Below are positions 11,961 to 24,262 of a stretch of 64,000 nt of DNA, in pieces. The position numbers were made by a program, and so were the translations under genes. The DNA comes from the human T2T-CHM13v2.0 reference genome, Homo sapiens. The DNA is taken from the NCBI RefSeq assembly GCF_009914755.1, contig NC_060928.1; one strand, 5' to 3'. Below the pieces are notes generated by a model. That model saw only the letters and a list, made by a program, of their open reading frames with translations. It made no database searches and was not told the origin of the DNA. Numbering within the stretch: the first letter of the stretch is position 1; each line of letters starts with the position of its first letter.

Positions 11961-14900
11961 TCATTAAAAGAGATTGAGAAAATTGAATTATATTACACTT
12001 ATCTTAGACTGACTTTAAGCAGAACAGGCCACCAAAATGGAAAGTTTGTGTATTAGATAATTTTTTTCCTGCTCTTTTGTTCTGTGGAAATGCAGCATGT
12101 TGAAAAGAGCAACCTCCTCTAAGATTATTATTGACTGTGTATAGATAACTCTACTACTTCTCTCTACTCCATTCCCTCCTACCACTCTGATCCTTTCTTC
12201 TCTTAATCATGAAGGAGGAATGTTTCTCTTATTATAAGTTGTCTTATACAGCAAAAAATTGTGATAGAAGAATAGACTTATAACCTAGCACAATGAGCAA
12301 GTGAATAAAAACGTTCTACAGCTGACCCAAAGAAGAAATTGATTGAAGTCTGTGAGCATTTGAGAATCTTCTAAGAAGAATATGTCCTCACTGTGTGCTT
12401 AAATGAATATATAATGTAGTATTATAACATACAAGATAAATATATACTGTAACAATTTTAAAAATAAAAGTGAAATTAGCTTATTTTGTGAAAAAGTTAC
12501 ACTTTTCATGATTTTCAGTTGAAGTTTAGCATTACTTATAAGAGTTTCAAAGGTGGTGACTGAAGTAAATTTGAAATGTTCAAAGTTATGGAGCTTTTAA
12601 ATAAGCAAACCTCATTTTCTAGTGTTCAGTAGGCATTCAATTCCATTATGAAGCTTGAAAGAAATAATGTAGAAATCGATGTGGAATCTGAAAGAAGGGA
12701 GAAAACAATGTGTAATAATTGTTTTATCTCCTTGAGGAATGCTGCACTATAAAAAATCCTATAGTCTCTATTTCTTTTCCATTAGTTTCCAATATTATAG
12801 TAAGGATTTGCTTTTTTTCTGAAAGTATTACTAGATTAATTTTATTTTCTCTTTCTGCTTTGTGATGTGGACTTTGCCATTTTGTGACTTTTCTGGTGTC
12901 TGTGCCTTTTATTTCTCATTAAAAACCTTAGTTCAAAAGCTCGTTACCTCATGATCTTCATAATGATAAGCTCACAGGCCTTCTGACCTCTAGAATCTCA
13001 TCTGGTCGTCTGCTATGTACAAGGCTAAATTATAACTTTTTTCTTTATGTATCATGATAAAAATATTTTGCTCTTGGTCAAAAAATTACCCATGTCTGCA
13101 GTGCATGTTGTGTACATTCCAGATTTCTGAGTAACATTCAAGACCCCCAAAACCTGACAGAAATTGAAATTTTCAGATGGTTTTTCACTATTATATCCCT
13201 GAACTGCATGACATTTTCTTATTGCAACACATCTATACCTGCGCTCTATACATACATACATAACTTTTGACTTCCACATCTGATTTCATGATATTTGATG
13301 TTTCTGAAGAAGACTGTATTATACTTTTTAAAATCCTAGCTCATCCATCCAAAGATAGGCTAAAAAGGCCTGAGGAAAATTACCAGACTTTTACCCAAAA
13401 TCTAAATCTCTTTCCCCTTTGATCAGCCATGACATTTTCATAATATTAATCATACTCCTGGCCTATATTGTTAATGACTCATATTCCTGCTAGATGATTA
13501 TAAAGGGGAATTAATTCTACTTTATGTCTTCAGTGCAGTGATTCACAAACATAACTTTCAGCCTGGTACAAGGTCATAGACTGAATAAGAATCAGCTAGA
13601 AAATTTGATAATATATAGATTTATAGGTCATGCCACAGAGTTTCTGAGTAGACTGAAGATCCTATACACTATCCACCAGGTTTAGAAAACTATAACTTAA
13701 TTAAAATGTGTAATTCTAAGTAATAATTAGATCACTTTTTAATAAAAGTGCAATGGATGTATATTTACGGGTAAAAAAATAAATAAAATGCTTTGTTAAA
13801 GAGAAGTAGTCTCTGTTAAAGAAGAATTGAATTTAGCTCTGCTATTTAATGCCTCTTGAAATAAGAATTTAATCTTGTTAAACTTCAATTTCTGTCTAAA
13901 GAAATATCATTAAGATATGTTTTTAAAAAATCAAATATATTCTTGATATATAGTCACTTAAATATTTCTAGGCTCAGAAAAAATAAATTCCTCTCTTTTA
14001 TATCCCATTTTGTCTATTTAAACTCATAGTCTCTTCTGTATTTTAGGATGCATAAGATAAAAATATAATATTGAAGACAATGCATGTGTCTCCTACAGCT
14101 GAGCCCGGATTATCTTATTGTAGGAGACAGAAAACACAGGGGTCATACACTAGAAATTAGAAGCAGGAAGTAACAAATGAAATAGACATTTTCTTCTTGC
14201 TTCCTTTGAAATATGAGCTTCTCCAAAAGTGTCTCCTAATAAAAAAATGTATGTCATGTGACTCAGAGGACAAGCAGATGTATTCATATCAAATACACCT
14301 TGGAAATCCACCACTTCCTTTGAAAAGACTATGCTCTAGCTGTGTCTCTTTTCTTTTGTCCTTTCTGTGAATTTTTTCAATTTTTTGTGCACTATTCACT
14401 TATTAATGTATATCTTTTGAAAACATAATCCAGACCCTGTGCTAGGCTTTAAGATATGGAATCAGATAAAAAAAGATCCTTGAGAGATGAGTAGAAATTA
14501 TCCAGATGAAATAATCTAGATGAAAATCTGCAATAATATTCCTGGCAGAGGAAGTAACTGCATCCTGGTAAGAAGAGTGTGAGTCTGGGATTTAAACAAT
14601 GACCTATTACCCTTCACCTTCCAGCTAATCGTGGCCCATCTATTCTGCCTCCTAAATAGCTTTAGTATCTCCTCTACCTCTCCATCTCTTTTTTCAACTC
14701 TCCCCTAATTTACTTTATCATTTCTTTATTGAGCTATTTTAATAGACATTTTGTTTCTCTCTTTAACTCTAGCCACACTAATATCTAATAATTTTAAGGT
14801 GGTCAAAGTGGTTCCTCTTCACAGTTGTTATCTCAAACATTTTTCACAAGATTTTCATCTATCCCCTATGATAGATTAAAAATTAAATAGAACATAAATT

Positions 14901-15749
14901 ATATGAAATTTCTCTTTTCTTTCTTTTAATATATACATTATAGCAACTCCCTTCTCATCCTGTCTTCAATTATCAGGTAAAGAAGGGACTTTGTTTCAGT
15001 CTTGAAAAACCACATATATGAAGACATAAAGGTCAAAAGGAATATAGATACTTTGAGAATCAAGTCCTGAATTACTAATGCAGCAGAAAATGTTCTGTAT
15101 GATAAAAGCCCTATCTCTCTCCCCCTTGCCTAACTTAATGGAAATGCCCCAGGCACTATGAATTTGCAAAATTTTCTAAATGTCCCATATGTTTTAAGTA
15201 CACACAAATAAAAATAACAATTTGCCTGTCTTATTAGATTTATTTAGTGGAATTCTATGTGAGAACATATTTTATATTGCCTCCAATAAAAGGCACATAT
15301 GAGTCTTTATCATATTTTAATCTTTTAAAATATTATTCCTTTAACATTATCACTTATGTACCATAAGAAAACTTGGACTTGCTGCAATATAGTGAAAATC
15401 TTTGTGGGAATCACAAGGCAGGAGGTCTGAATCGATTTCTGATACTACAAAGCAGTATAGACAAGGAAAGTTCACTCAAACACCCCAGGTGTCTTGCGGA
15501 GTTGATTGGATGATGAGTCTAGTTTTAATGGATTATGAGCTCATAATTTTATACTCTCATTCATAATTCTGAAACAGAGCAGTGAAGATTTTGACTTACC
15601 ACATTTTTAATTCTCATTTCCACTATAGGAAAAAATAAAAGCCCGAAAAATCATTGCTAATGACACTAGTTACTGAAAACATGGGAGAAGGAGCTGAGGT
15701 GAGAAAAGATTGACTTCTCTTGGGTTTTCAAAATTATGTGGTAATTATA

Positions 15750-16821
15750 TAGATCCTGAACCTGCTTAGAGGCTTCCTAATCCAAATATATTATCTCTGT
15801 CCCAATTCTTGATTTGTCATCTATTAAGGGAATATAACAGTATTTTCCATTTTTTTCACAGAATTACCAATGTAAAATAAGTCAAATTTCTGCAATAAAC
15901 ATGCTTTTTGAAATTTTAATATGCAGTAGAAATATCATATTATTTTAATTAATATTACTACCATTATTGAAAGTTAATTTAGACTAATGATAGAGTAGAA
16001 GTCTAACAGTCTCTCTGAAAGTTTCTATGTATTACCAGGCTATGTATAGTTACTTCTTTTCTTCAGCATTTATTAGTTATAATGATTTTGTAGTTAAAAA
16101 ATTACCAAACTGAAAAAACCTTTTTTTTCATAAACAGCCCTAAACTTTAGCTTTCTTTGCTTGTAAATAGAGTAAAACACTTCATTCTAAAACTCAGTAA
16201 TTTTAAATTATTGATGATTTACAAAAAGATCTTTTGAACTAGACTTCAACGTGTTTGCTTAGCAAATTTTCTTTTTAGTGGACAATTTTCTATAATAATA
16301 TTAATGTAAACAAGCCAGAAGTGGGAAAGTGTTAATTTAGTTTAGGTATTTTTGGACAGTTACCAAGTACTGAGCCTTAAAAATCATGCTTAACGCCAAG
16401 CCCTGCTTAGAGAAAAGCTAACGAGTGTTAAGGAACACAGACAGAAAACCTAAAGGGCTATGGGACTACTCTAATTTTTTAACTACAAAATCATTATAAC
16501 TAACAAATGCTGAAGAAAAGAAGTAACTATACATAGCCTGGTAATACATAGAAACTTTCAGAGAGACTGTTAGACTTCTACTCTAACATTAGTCTAAATT
16601 AACCTTCAATAAAGGTAGTAATATTAATTAAAATAACATGATATTTCTACTGCATATAAAATTTCAAAAAGCATGTTTATTGCAGAAATTTGACTTCTAC
16701 ATTGGTAATTCTGTAAAAAAATGGAAAATACTGTTATATTCCCTTAATAGATGACAGATCAAGAATTGGGACAGAGATAATATATTTAGATTAGGAAGCC
16801 TCTAAGCAGGTTCAGGATCTA
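15750..16821. repeat. Long inverted repeat: arms 15750-16104 and 16472-16821, spacer 16105-16471
   Basis: Arm 2 is the reverse complement of arm 1 ('tagatcctgaacctgcttagaggc...tagttaaaaaatta' vs 'taattttttaacta...gcctctaagcaggttcaggatcta'); hand alignment gives about 8 substitutions and 3 small indels. Confidence 0.97.
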
Positions 16822-17054
16822 GTTTTTCCATAGCTCAACTTCTCTACTGACAATCAGATGCTGAGCACTGAATGGTGGTTGTGAATAAAGGAAACACTAA
16901 TATATCTTAAGGACTTGTTTCATAAATGCCTTTTGAAAATTCTATTATAAAACAACACTGTACACCTTCAAAAATCACATAATAGAATAAAAACTCAAAC
17001 ATTTAAATAATTTGTTAAAGTAAATTTCAAAGATGATAGTTAACACTTTTTTTC

Positions 17055-17160
17055 ACTTTTTATTCCAAGGCCCCAGCATTAATATTCCAGAATGTGCTAG
17101 AATTTAGGTAATTTTAATAGAATAAGAATGAATGAATGAATGAATGAACAAATGAATAAA
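17055..17160 (+). mobile_element. L2 3' end with (GAAT)n tail
   Basis: 'ccccagcat...aatagaataagaatgaatgaatgaatgaatgaacaaatgaataaa'; TGAA repeats are the typical L2 tail. Confidence 0.55.
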
Positions 17161-17359
17161 ATATTTATGTAGAAATGAAACTTATATTTGGAGAACACAG
17201 ATTTTATCTATCGATACCAATAGAATGTAGTTGAAAATAAAGATGAGAATTACACCTTAAGACCTTGAATTTTAGCTGATGCATTTGTACTGCATATTTT
17301 AATTTAGGAGAGGCAACAGAATATTTTGTGAAAGGGAGTTCCAAGGACTATTGCATTTA

Positions 17360-17800
<441 letters not shown>

Positions 17801-17804
17801 GAAA

Positions 17805-18375
17805 TTTGCACTTGTCAAGCCACTGAAATTTTAAAAATTTGTGTTACTATAGCATAATGTTGAAAGGTAATTTACTACTTTATGTTATTATAGCCAATAT
17901 TGAGTAGTAAAGAAATTGGCACCAAAAGTGGGGTGACTCTTAAAGAAAAATCTAAAATATTTCCATACAGTGAGAAAACTGATATCAAAGCCTGGAAACC
18001 ATGATACATGGTGGCAAAAGGTTTAGAAAAATTGTCAAGTGAAATTCAATTGAAAAAAGTAACTTGCTTAGTGAACTTAGATCCTTAGGATAAAAGATTT
18101 AAACACATAATGATTTTAACACATGTTGGTGTCTATTGTCTATATTTGCTAGGTATTAAAAGAAAGAGAAAATCTCAGAAAAACATGCCCGTTTGAATGT
18201 AAAACAGAAAGTGAATATAGAATTTCTAGAAAAAGTTTGCCTTTCAGTATTTACAATCATAATAATAATATAAAATCCCACTTCTTAACCCAAAAAGTAA
18301 AAAATAATGACTGAGGAAGTATGTAAAATGAGCCTTTCAATAATTAAATTGCATTAAAACAATGCGTGATTCCCA
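17805..18375 (+). mobile_element. MLT1-type LTR 3' end plus start of MaLR internal region
   Basis: 'aagccactgaaattttaaaaatttgtgttactatagcataa' (MLT1 LTR end) followed by 'gaaattggcaccaaaagtgggg' (MaLR-int start); interrupted by the ERV1 provirus. Confidence 0.55.
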
Positions 18376-18785
18376 AGTTAATCATATCATGGAGGGTGTC
18401 CAGGTTCTTGGCGTCTTCAACAAAGAATTGGACAAAACGCACAAAGCAAGGAAGGAATGAAAGGATTCATTGAAAATGAAAGTACGCTCCACAGTACAGG
18501 GGCAGGGCTGAGCATAGGAGCTCCAAAGCCCCATTATAGAAATTTTAGGAGTTTAAACACCCCCTAGAGGATTTCACTGGTTACTTGGGGTATGCCCTAT
18601 GTAAATGGAGAGGATGAAGTAAAGTTACAAAGTCGTTTGCTTGGCCTGCTCCCTACGGAGAGGATGAAGTAAAGTTACAAAATCATTTACTGGGTCTAAG
18701 CCCTGTAGAGGGGATATTTCCTGTCATAGCTGAAGTATGAATTGGCCTTGTGTTCCCTGCCTCCACACCCAATTTTGCTACCTCA
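18376..18785 (-). mobile_element. ERV1 3' LTR, MER51B-like
   Basis: 'tggagggtgtccaggttcttggcgtcttcaacaaagaattggacaaaacgcaca...gttccctgcctcca...cctca'; homologous to 26992-27341. Confidence 0.8.
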
Positions 18786-18979
18786 TCTACTATCTGAGAG
18801 ATGTGATTCCCATAAAGCTTTATGGGAGGTAGAGGGACCGATGGCTTTTTTCCGGTAACTGCTTCATGCTGGCTTGGGGCATAATCCCTACCTACTGGGG
18901 ACCACAGAACTCTCACCCTGTTCTGTGTAGTAGAGGCAGGGTAGTTTCTTGATGGCCGGGGTGGTGTCTTTACCTGGAA

Positions 18980-19080
18980 CTGGCTGGAGCCTTTGTTGCA
19001 TGATCATCTGAAGCTTAATGGTCTCTAGGCGAGAGGAAATGAATTTGGTTAAAAGATTTAATGGGAACTTCAATGGGTGG
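18980..19080 (-). pseudogene. Gammaretroviral env TM cytoplasmic-tail remnant
   Basis: 'LNLLTKFISSRLETIKLQMIMQQ' resembles the class I ERV env tail motif (FVSSRIEAVKLQM-type); position next to the 3' LTR fits. Confidence 0.65.
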
Positions 19081-22027
19081 ATACCTATGCTGTCAAAAAT
19101 ATTTGCTATAAAGATTTTCAGGAGAAAACACAAAACCTGGTCTGTTCTAGAATCTATGTGTTTCCTTAAAGTCTTAGCATGAGTGACTCCATTGTGGTTT
19201 GATATGGTTTGTTGGGGCCTAGTGCATGAACCTGGTCCAAAACAATAACCTCCCATAATTTTGTTATAATAAATTCCCCCTTTTTGGTCAGGCTCTTACA
19301 TAGGTGAGAGTGTAACCAAAACTTAGAGGCTTAGCGTCACTCTCAGTTACCATCGTTTTGGGTTTCCCATCTCAGCACTTCATTTATAGGTTATGATGTT
19401 CTCATCATTGCACATTTTTTTCAGCTCATGTTTTTCCAGTTAAAGAGAGACCATATGACATTCTAGAGATGGCTGCATGCAAGCATTTAAAACCTTTGAG
19501 AGAATACAGTGTACCAGGGAGACTACTATTATTACCATTGGGAGGATAATATCAAGAGTTAGGAGTTGCTCCTTACCCAAGGTCCTCAAAAACCAAACCT
19601 CCTAAAATCAAACAGATCAAAGAATGAGCTAGATAAAGAGTTTATTCACTTAATTAAGCAGTCTCTTTGTTAATCCCCTGCCACTGAATTTCTATAATCT
19701 TCATTTGATATACTTCCCCATAGGCCACAAGTGCCAGCAGCTGCACAGATACTTCTCTGTTTAGCCAATTTTATCATAACTTTCATAAGAGAATTTAGAG
19801 TCTATTGTGTAACTGTAGCCTTTACGGTAGAATTTGCTATAGAACCTATCATGAGGGATACATTTCTAATCATTGCTTCTTTTACTTTAAACCATGGAAA
19901 AAGGACCTAACAAATGATGCCCTTTTAGAAGAGTGAAGACCTTCTGGCAATGCTCTTTTTAACCCATCGTATGGGTTAAGAGGAGTGGACCAATGTTTTT
20001 GATTTGATTGATTATGAGGCAACATATATACCATTAAAGTTTCTTACCTACATTGGGCCTTTATCTTTTATCTATAAAAGTATAAGTTTATCCATGTATA
20101 AGGCTGGCTGCAAACTCCTTCACAAATAAAAGTACACCCCATTAGTGCACATAACAGGCCTCTTTTCCATTTCTATTGTCATAGAGGCATAAACAAGAAA
20201 AAAGTGTTCAAAGATAAAAGTTTCATGACAATAGAAGTCTTAATCTGAACTTGGGAAAAGCTGTTCACATCAAAGATGCCATCTTCTTGGGCAAAATTTC
20301 CCTGGTTAGCTTTACATCAAGGGTTCCAATGGGTGCACAGTTCCAAAAGTGTGGAGGGACCCTTCTCAGTGGTGAGACCATGAACCCAAAGCCCTAAGTC
20401 CCAAAGTTTTGCTGTAATGTGGTTGGCAAGGACAGTCTTTCTCCGATGTTTCCAGAAGATTCAAATGATAAAAAGCTTTCTTTACCTAGCAAAAATACAT
20501 TGTAGCATAATAATCTACTGTTATAACATCAACCCTCTTGCATGGGAAAGCTTGTATACAACCAGAAAATATGCACTGAAAATAACAATGGAATAAAATT
20601 CCTTTATGAAAACGTTTAAATGGCCCACCAGGTGACCAAAGGTACCTGAAGCTTTAATTGTTTTCCCGGTAATATGGGATCAAGCTTTGGTTACAAACTT
20701 TTTAAACAATTTCAGTATTAGCTGGTTTAACATGAAAGTATTTTCTTGAGATTTAATTAATTTATTGTTTTACTTGGGTTAGTAGCTTTATACAAGGAAA
20801 TTGGGTTATTTATGTGGTTTAAAATAACAACATGACAACTATAATTGTGATTGGTAGCACACAATTAGACATTAGAATTTTAGAAACCCCATACCGTTTT
20901 GGAATATATGTTAGTATTATTCACAAAAATATAACCTAAAGAAGATTGACCATCATTTTGGCAATCCCATCTACCTAAACATATCAACTAATCTTGTTTA
21001 TCTCTTTTCTGGATGTTTTCAGGGGCCCTCTGATCCATCCAGAAAGCCAGGCATTAGGAAAGACAATCTTGAAACTGAAGTTTGATTTTGGAATTCCAGA
21101 TTGCAATAAATTAATTTTTTACCAAAATGATGACTCAGAAATTTCAAAGAAGCAAAAACCTCTTATAACCTTAAAAAAAATTCTACTGTTCCTACACACC
21201 TTTCATGTAAAACTGTTTCTAATAGTCTTAATTGCACGTTACAATGATGACTCAGAAATGTTAACTTTAACATAAAACCTGGTAAGTTATATTCTGATAA
21301 GGTTTGACTGTTTCCAGCATAGCTAGGGCATGGCCAATTCCACATGTCCCCAGGCCTTACCTAGCTGGAGAGCAGGCAAGTTAAAACAATTTTGAAAATC
21401 CAAAGAAGCAATTTATGACCTTAATGTATTTAGCAAACTTAATATTAGAACATAATTTAGACCACAAATTTACATTTTGAAGACATTTGTATTTTACCAA
21501 TAATCTTGAAAACCATCTCTATTTCCCAAAGATTGCTAAAGTCATGTGAACTAAAAGACATCACACTTTCTACTTTTCTGACAAAATATTTGCTTTAAGC
21601 TTTTATTATTGAACTAACTAATTAAAACTTTCAGAGAAAATATGCAGTGACTTTTACTTTATATTTAACCAGTTTAGACTGAGAGAAAGAGGCCAGACAC
21701 TGACTGTTTAGAAATTCTTACCCTTTTGTTGGCATGCCAGATTTCTGGGTTCTTTCTCCCTGAGCAGCCCTGATGACCCTGCTTGACTGTATGCAAACAG
21801 ACACATTGCCATGAATTAAGAATATTCATAGATAGTTTACAAATTTTGGAAAAACAAGGAAAAGAGAGAAATATGACTCAACTTCTATTTGTGAGAATAT
21901 ACTCAACACATCTAAAGTATCAGGAAGACTCAAATCCAAAAGTTAGTTTAAGGATAAAAAGCTGGCGTGCTCTATTAATTCCTGCAGGCCTGACAAAGGT
22001 AGCTTAGGAATTCCAGATAAATGGAAC

Positions 22028-22241
22028 TGTTGGGCCTCTGAGCCCAAGCCTGCAGGTATACATCCAGATGGCCTGAAGCAAGTGAAAAATCACAAAAGAA
22101 GTGACAATGGCCAGTTCCTGCCTTAACTGATGCATTACCTTGTGAAATTCCTTCTCCTGGCTCAGAAGCTCCCCCACTGAACACCTTGTGACCCCCGCCA
22201 CTGCTGGCCAAAGAACAATCCCGTTTGACTGTAATTTTCCA
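22028..22241 (+). mobile_element. HERV-H 5' LTR (LTR7-family), U3 fragment only
   Basis: 'tgttgggcctctgagcccaagcctgcaggtatacatccagatggcctgaag...gactgtaattttcca'; stops before the TATA box. Confidence 0.92.
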
Positions 22242-22593
22242 TACAAGCTGCTAGCCCACCTCTTAGAACCTCTCATTTCCTTTCCATCGTGGAAATCTAT
22301 CCTTAAGGAAATCACTTCTTCGTGTTCCATCTGCTATTCTACTACTTCTCAGGGATTGCTCAGGCCCCCTCCCTTCCCTACACATCAAGCTTGGGGATTT
22401 GCCCCCGCCCAGGACTGGCAAATTGACTTTACTCACATGCCTCGAGTCAGGAAACTAAAACACCTCTTGGTCTGGGTAGACACTTTCACTGGATGGGTAG
22501 AGGCTTTTCCCACAGGGTCTGGAAAGGCCACCACAGTCATTTCTTCCCTTCTGTAAGACATAATTCCTCAGTTTGGCATTCCCACCTCTATAC
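22242..22593 (+). pseudogene. HERV-H pol integrase fragment
   Basis: ORF 22188-22556: 'CSIC' zinc-finger half, 'DWQIDFTHMP' (first catalytic Asp), 'LLVWVDTFTGWVEAFPT'. Confidence 0.92.
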
Positions 22594-23430
22594 GCCAATA
22601 TCCCATCCCACAGCACTCTTTAAAAGGATTAAAGCCTTTTATCACTCACCTGCTACAGCATGGCCTTTAAAAGCCTATAAACTCTCCTTACAATTATCCC
22701 ATTTTACCTGTCCAAAAACCAGACAAGCCTTACAGGTTAGTTCAGGATCTACGCCTTATCAACCAAGTTGTTCTGCCTATCCACCCCATGGTGCCAAACC
22801 CATATACTCTCCTATCCTCAATACCTCCCTCCACAACTCATTATTCTGTTCTAGGAAACCTAGCTGACCCCATAGATCCTAAATCCTTTCCCCACTACTC
22901 TTTTCATTCCTTGAAGGCAGCTTTAGAGACTGCTCCCACACTACCTCTCCCTAACTCATCCCAACCCTTTTTCATCACACACAGCCAAAGTGCAGGGCTG
23001 TGTGGTCGAAATTCTTACACAAGGACTGGGACCGCACCCTGTGGCCTTTTTATCCAAACAACTTGACCTTGCTGTTTTAGCCTAGCCCTCATGTCTGTGT
23101 GTGGCGGCTGCCGCTGCCTTAATACTTTTAGAGGCCCTCAATATCACAAACTATGCTCAACTCACTCTCTATAGTTCTCATAACTTCCAAAATCTATTTT
23201 CTTCCTCACTTCTGACACATACACTTTCTGCCCCCCTCCACTACCTCTCAGCAAGCCAAACTCATTGCCTTAACTCTAGCCCTCACTCTTGCAAAAGGAC
23301 TACGCATCAATATTTATACTGACTCTAAATATGCCTTCCATATCCTGCACCACCATGCTGTTATACGGGCAAAAAGAGGTTGCCTCACTATGCAAGTGTC
23401 CTCCATCATTAATGCCACTTTAATAGAAAC
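22594..23430 (+). pseudogene. HERV-H pol RT, connection and RNase H fragments (multiply deleted)
   Basis: '[10 protein letters not shown]', '[21 protein letters not shown]' fused to '[13 protein letters not shown]...ALETAPTL', then 'AAAALILLEAL' and RNase H 'INIYTDSKYAFHILH'; the YxDD region is absent. Confidence 0.9.
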
Positions 23431-23700
23431 TTGGATAGAGCCGAAAAATTCACCAACCAAGCAAGCAATTACGCTGAACCCCCTTGGGCACTCTCTAATT
23501 GGATGTCCTGGGTCCTCCCAATTCTTAGTCCTTTAATATCTGGTTTTCTCCTTCTCTTATTTGGACCTTGTGTCTTCCATTTAGTTTTTCAATTCATACA
23601 AAACCACATCCGGGCCATTACCAATCATTCTATACGACAAATGCTCCTTTTAACAACCCCACATTATCAGCCCTTACCACAAAATCTTCCTTCAGCTTAA
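23431..23700 (+). pseudogene. HERV-H env TM C-terminal remnant
   Basis: 'WALSNWMSWVLPILSPLISGFLLLLFGPCVF...ITNHSIRQMLLL' = membrane anchor and tail. Confidence 0.9.
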
Positions 23701-23860
23701 TTTCTCCCACTCTTGGTTCCCACACCATCCTTAATCCCACTCGAAGCAGCCTTGAGAAACATTGCCCATTATCTCTCCATACCACCCCCAAAATTTTTGC
23801 TGCCCCAACACTTCAACACTATTTTATGTTATTTTTCTTATTAATATAAGAAGACGGGAA

Positions 23861-24262
23861 TGTCAGGCCTCTGAGCCCAAGCTAAGCCATCATATCCCCT
23901 GTGACCTGCATGTATACATCCAGATGGCCTGAAGTAACTGAAAAATCACAAAAAAAAGTGAAAATGGCCTGTTCCTGCCTTAACTGATGACATTACCTTG
24001 TGAAATTCCTTCTCCTGGCTCATCCTGGCTCAAAAGCTCCCCTACTGAGCACCTTGTGTCCCCCGCCCCTGCCTGCTAAAGAACAACCCTCTTTGACTGT
24101 AATTTTCCTTTACCTAGCCAAATCCTATAAAACAGCCCCACCTCTATCTCCCTTCACTGACTCTCTTTTCAGACTCAGTCCCCCTGCACCCAGGTGAAAT
24201 AAACAGCCTTGTTGCTCACACAAAGCCTGTTTGGTGGTCTCTTCACACGGACGTGAGTGAAA
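23861..24262 (+). mobile_element. HERV-H 3' LTR (LTR7-family), complete
   Basis: PPT 'aagaagacgggaa' directly upstream; starts 'tgtcaggcctctgagcccaagctaagcc'; TATAAAA at 24126; AATAAA at 24198; ends 'cacacggacgtgagtgaaa'. Confidence 0.95.

Noticed and set aside
16402-16412. 11-mer 'cctgcttagag' in the spacer also present in the inverted-repeat arm (15761-15771)
   Set aside because: It could be a template-switch footprint, but a single 11-mer match within about 1 kb is not clearly beyond chance and is not at an arm boundary.
16105-16471. Several forkhead-like motifs (gtaaaca, tgtttgc, gtaaata) in the spacer
   Set aside because: Such motifs are frequent in AT-rich DNA; there is no independent support.
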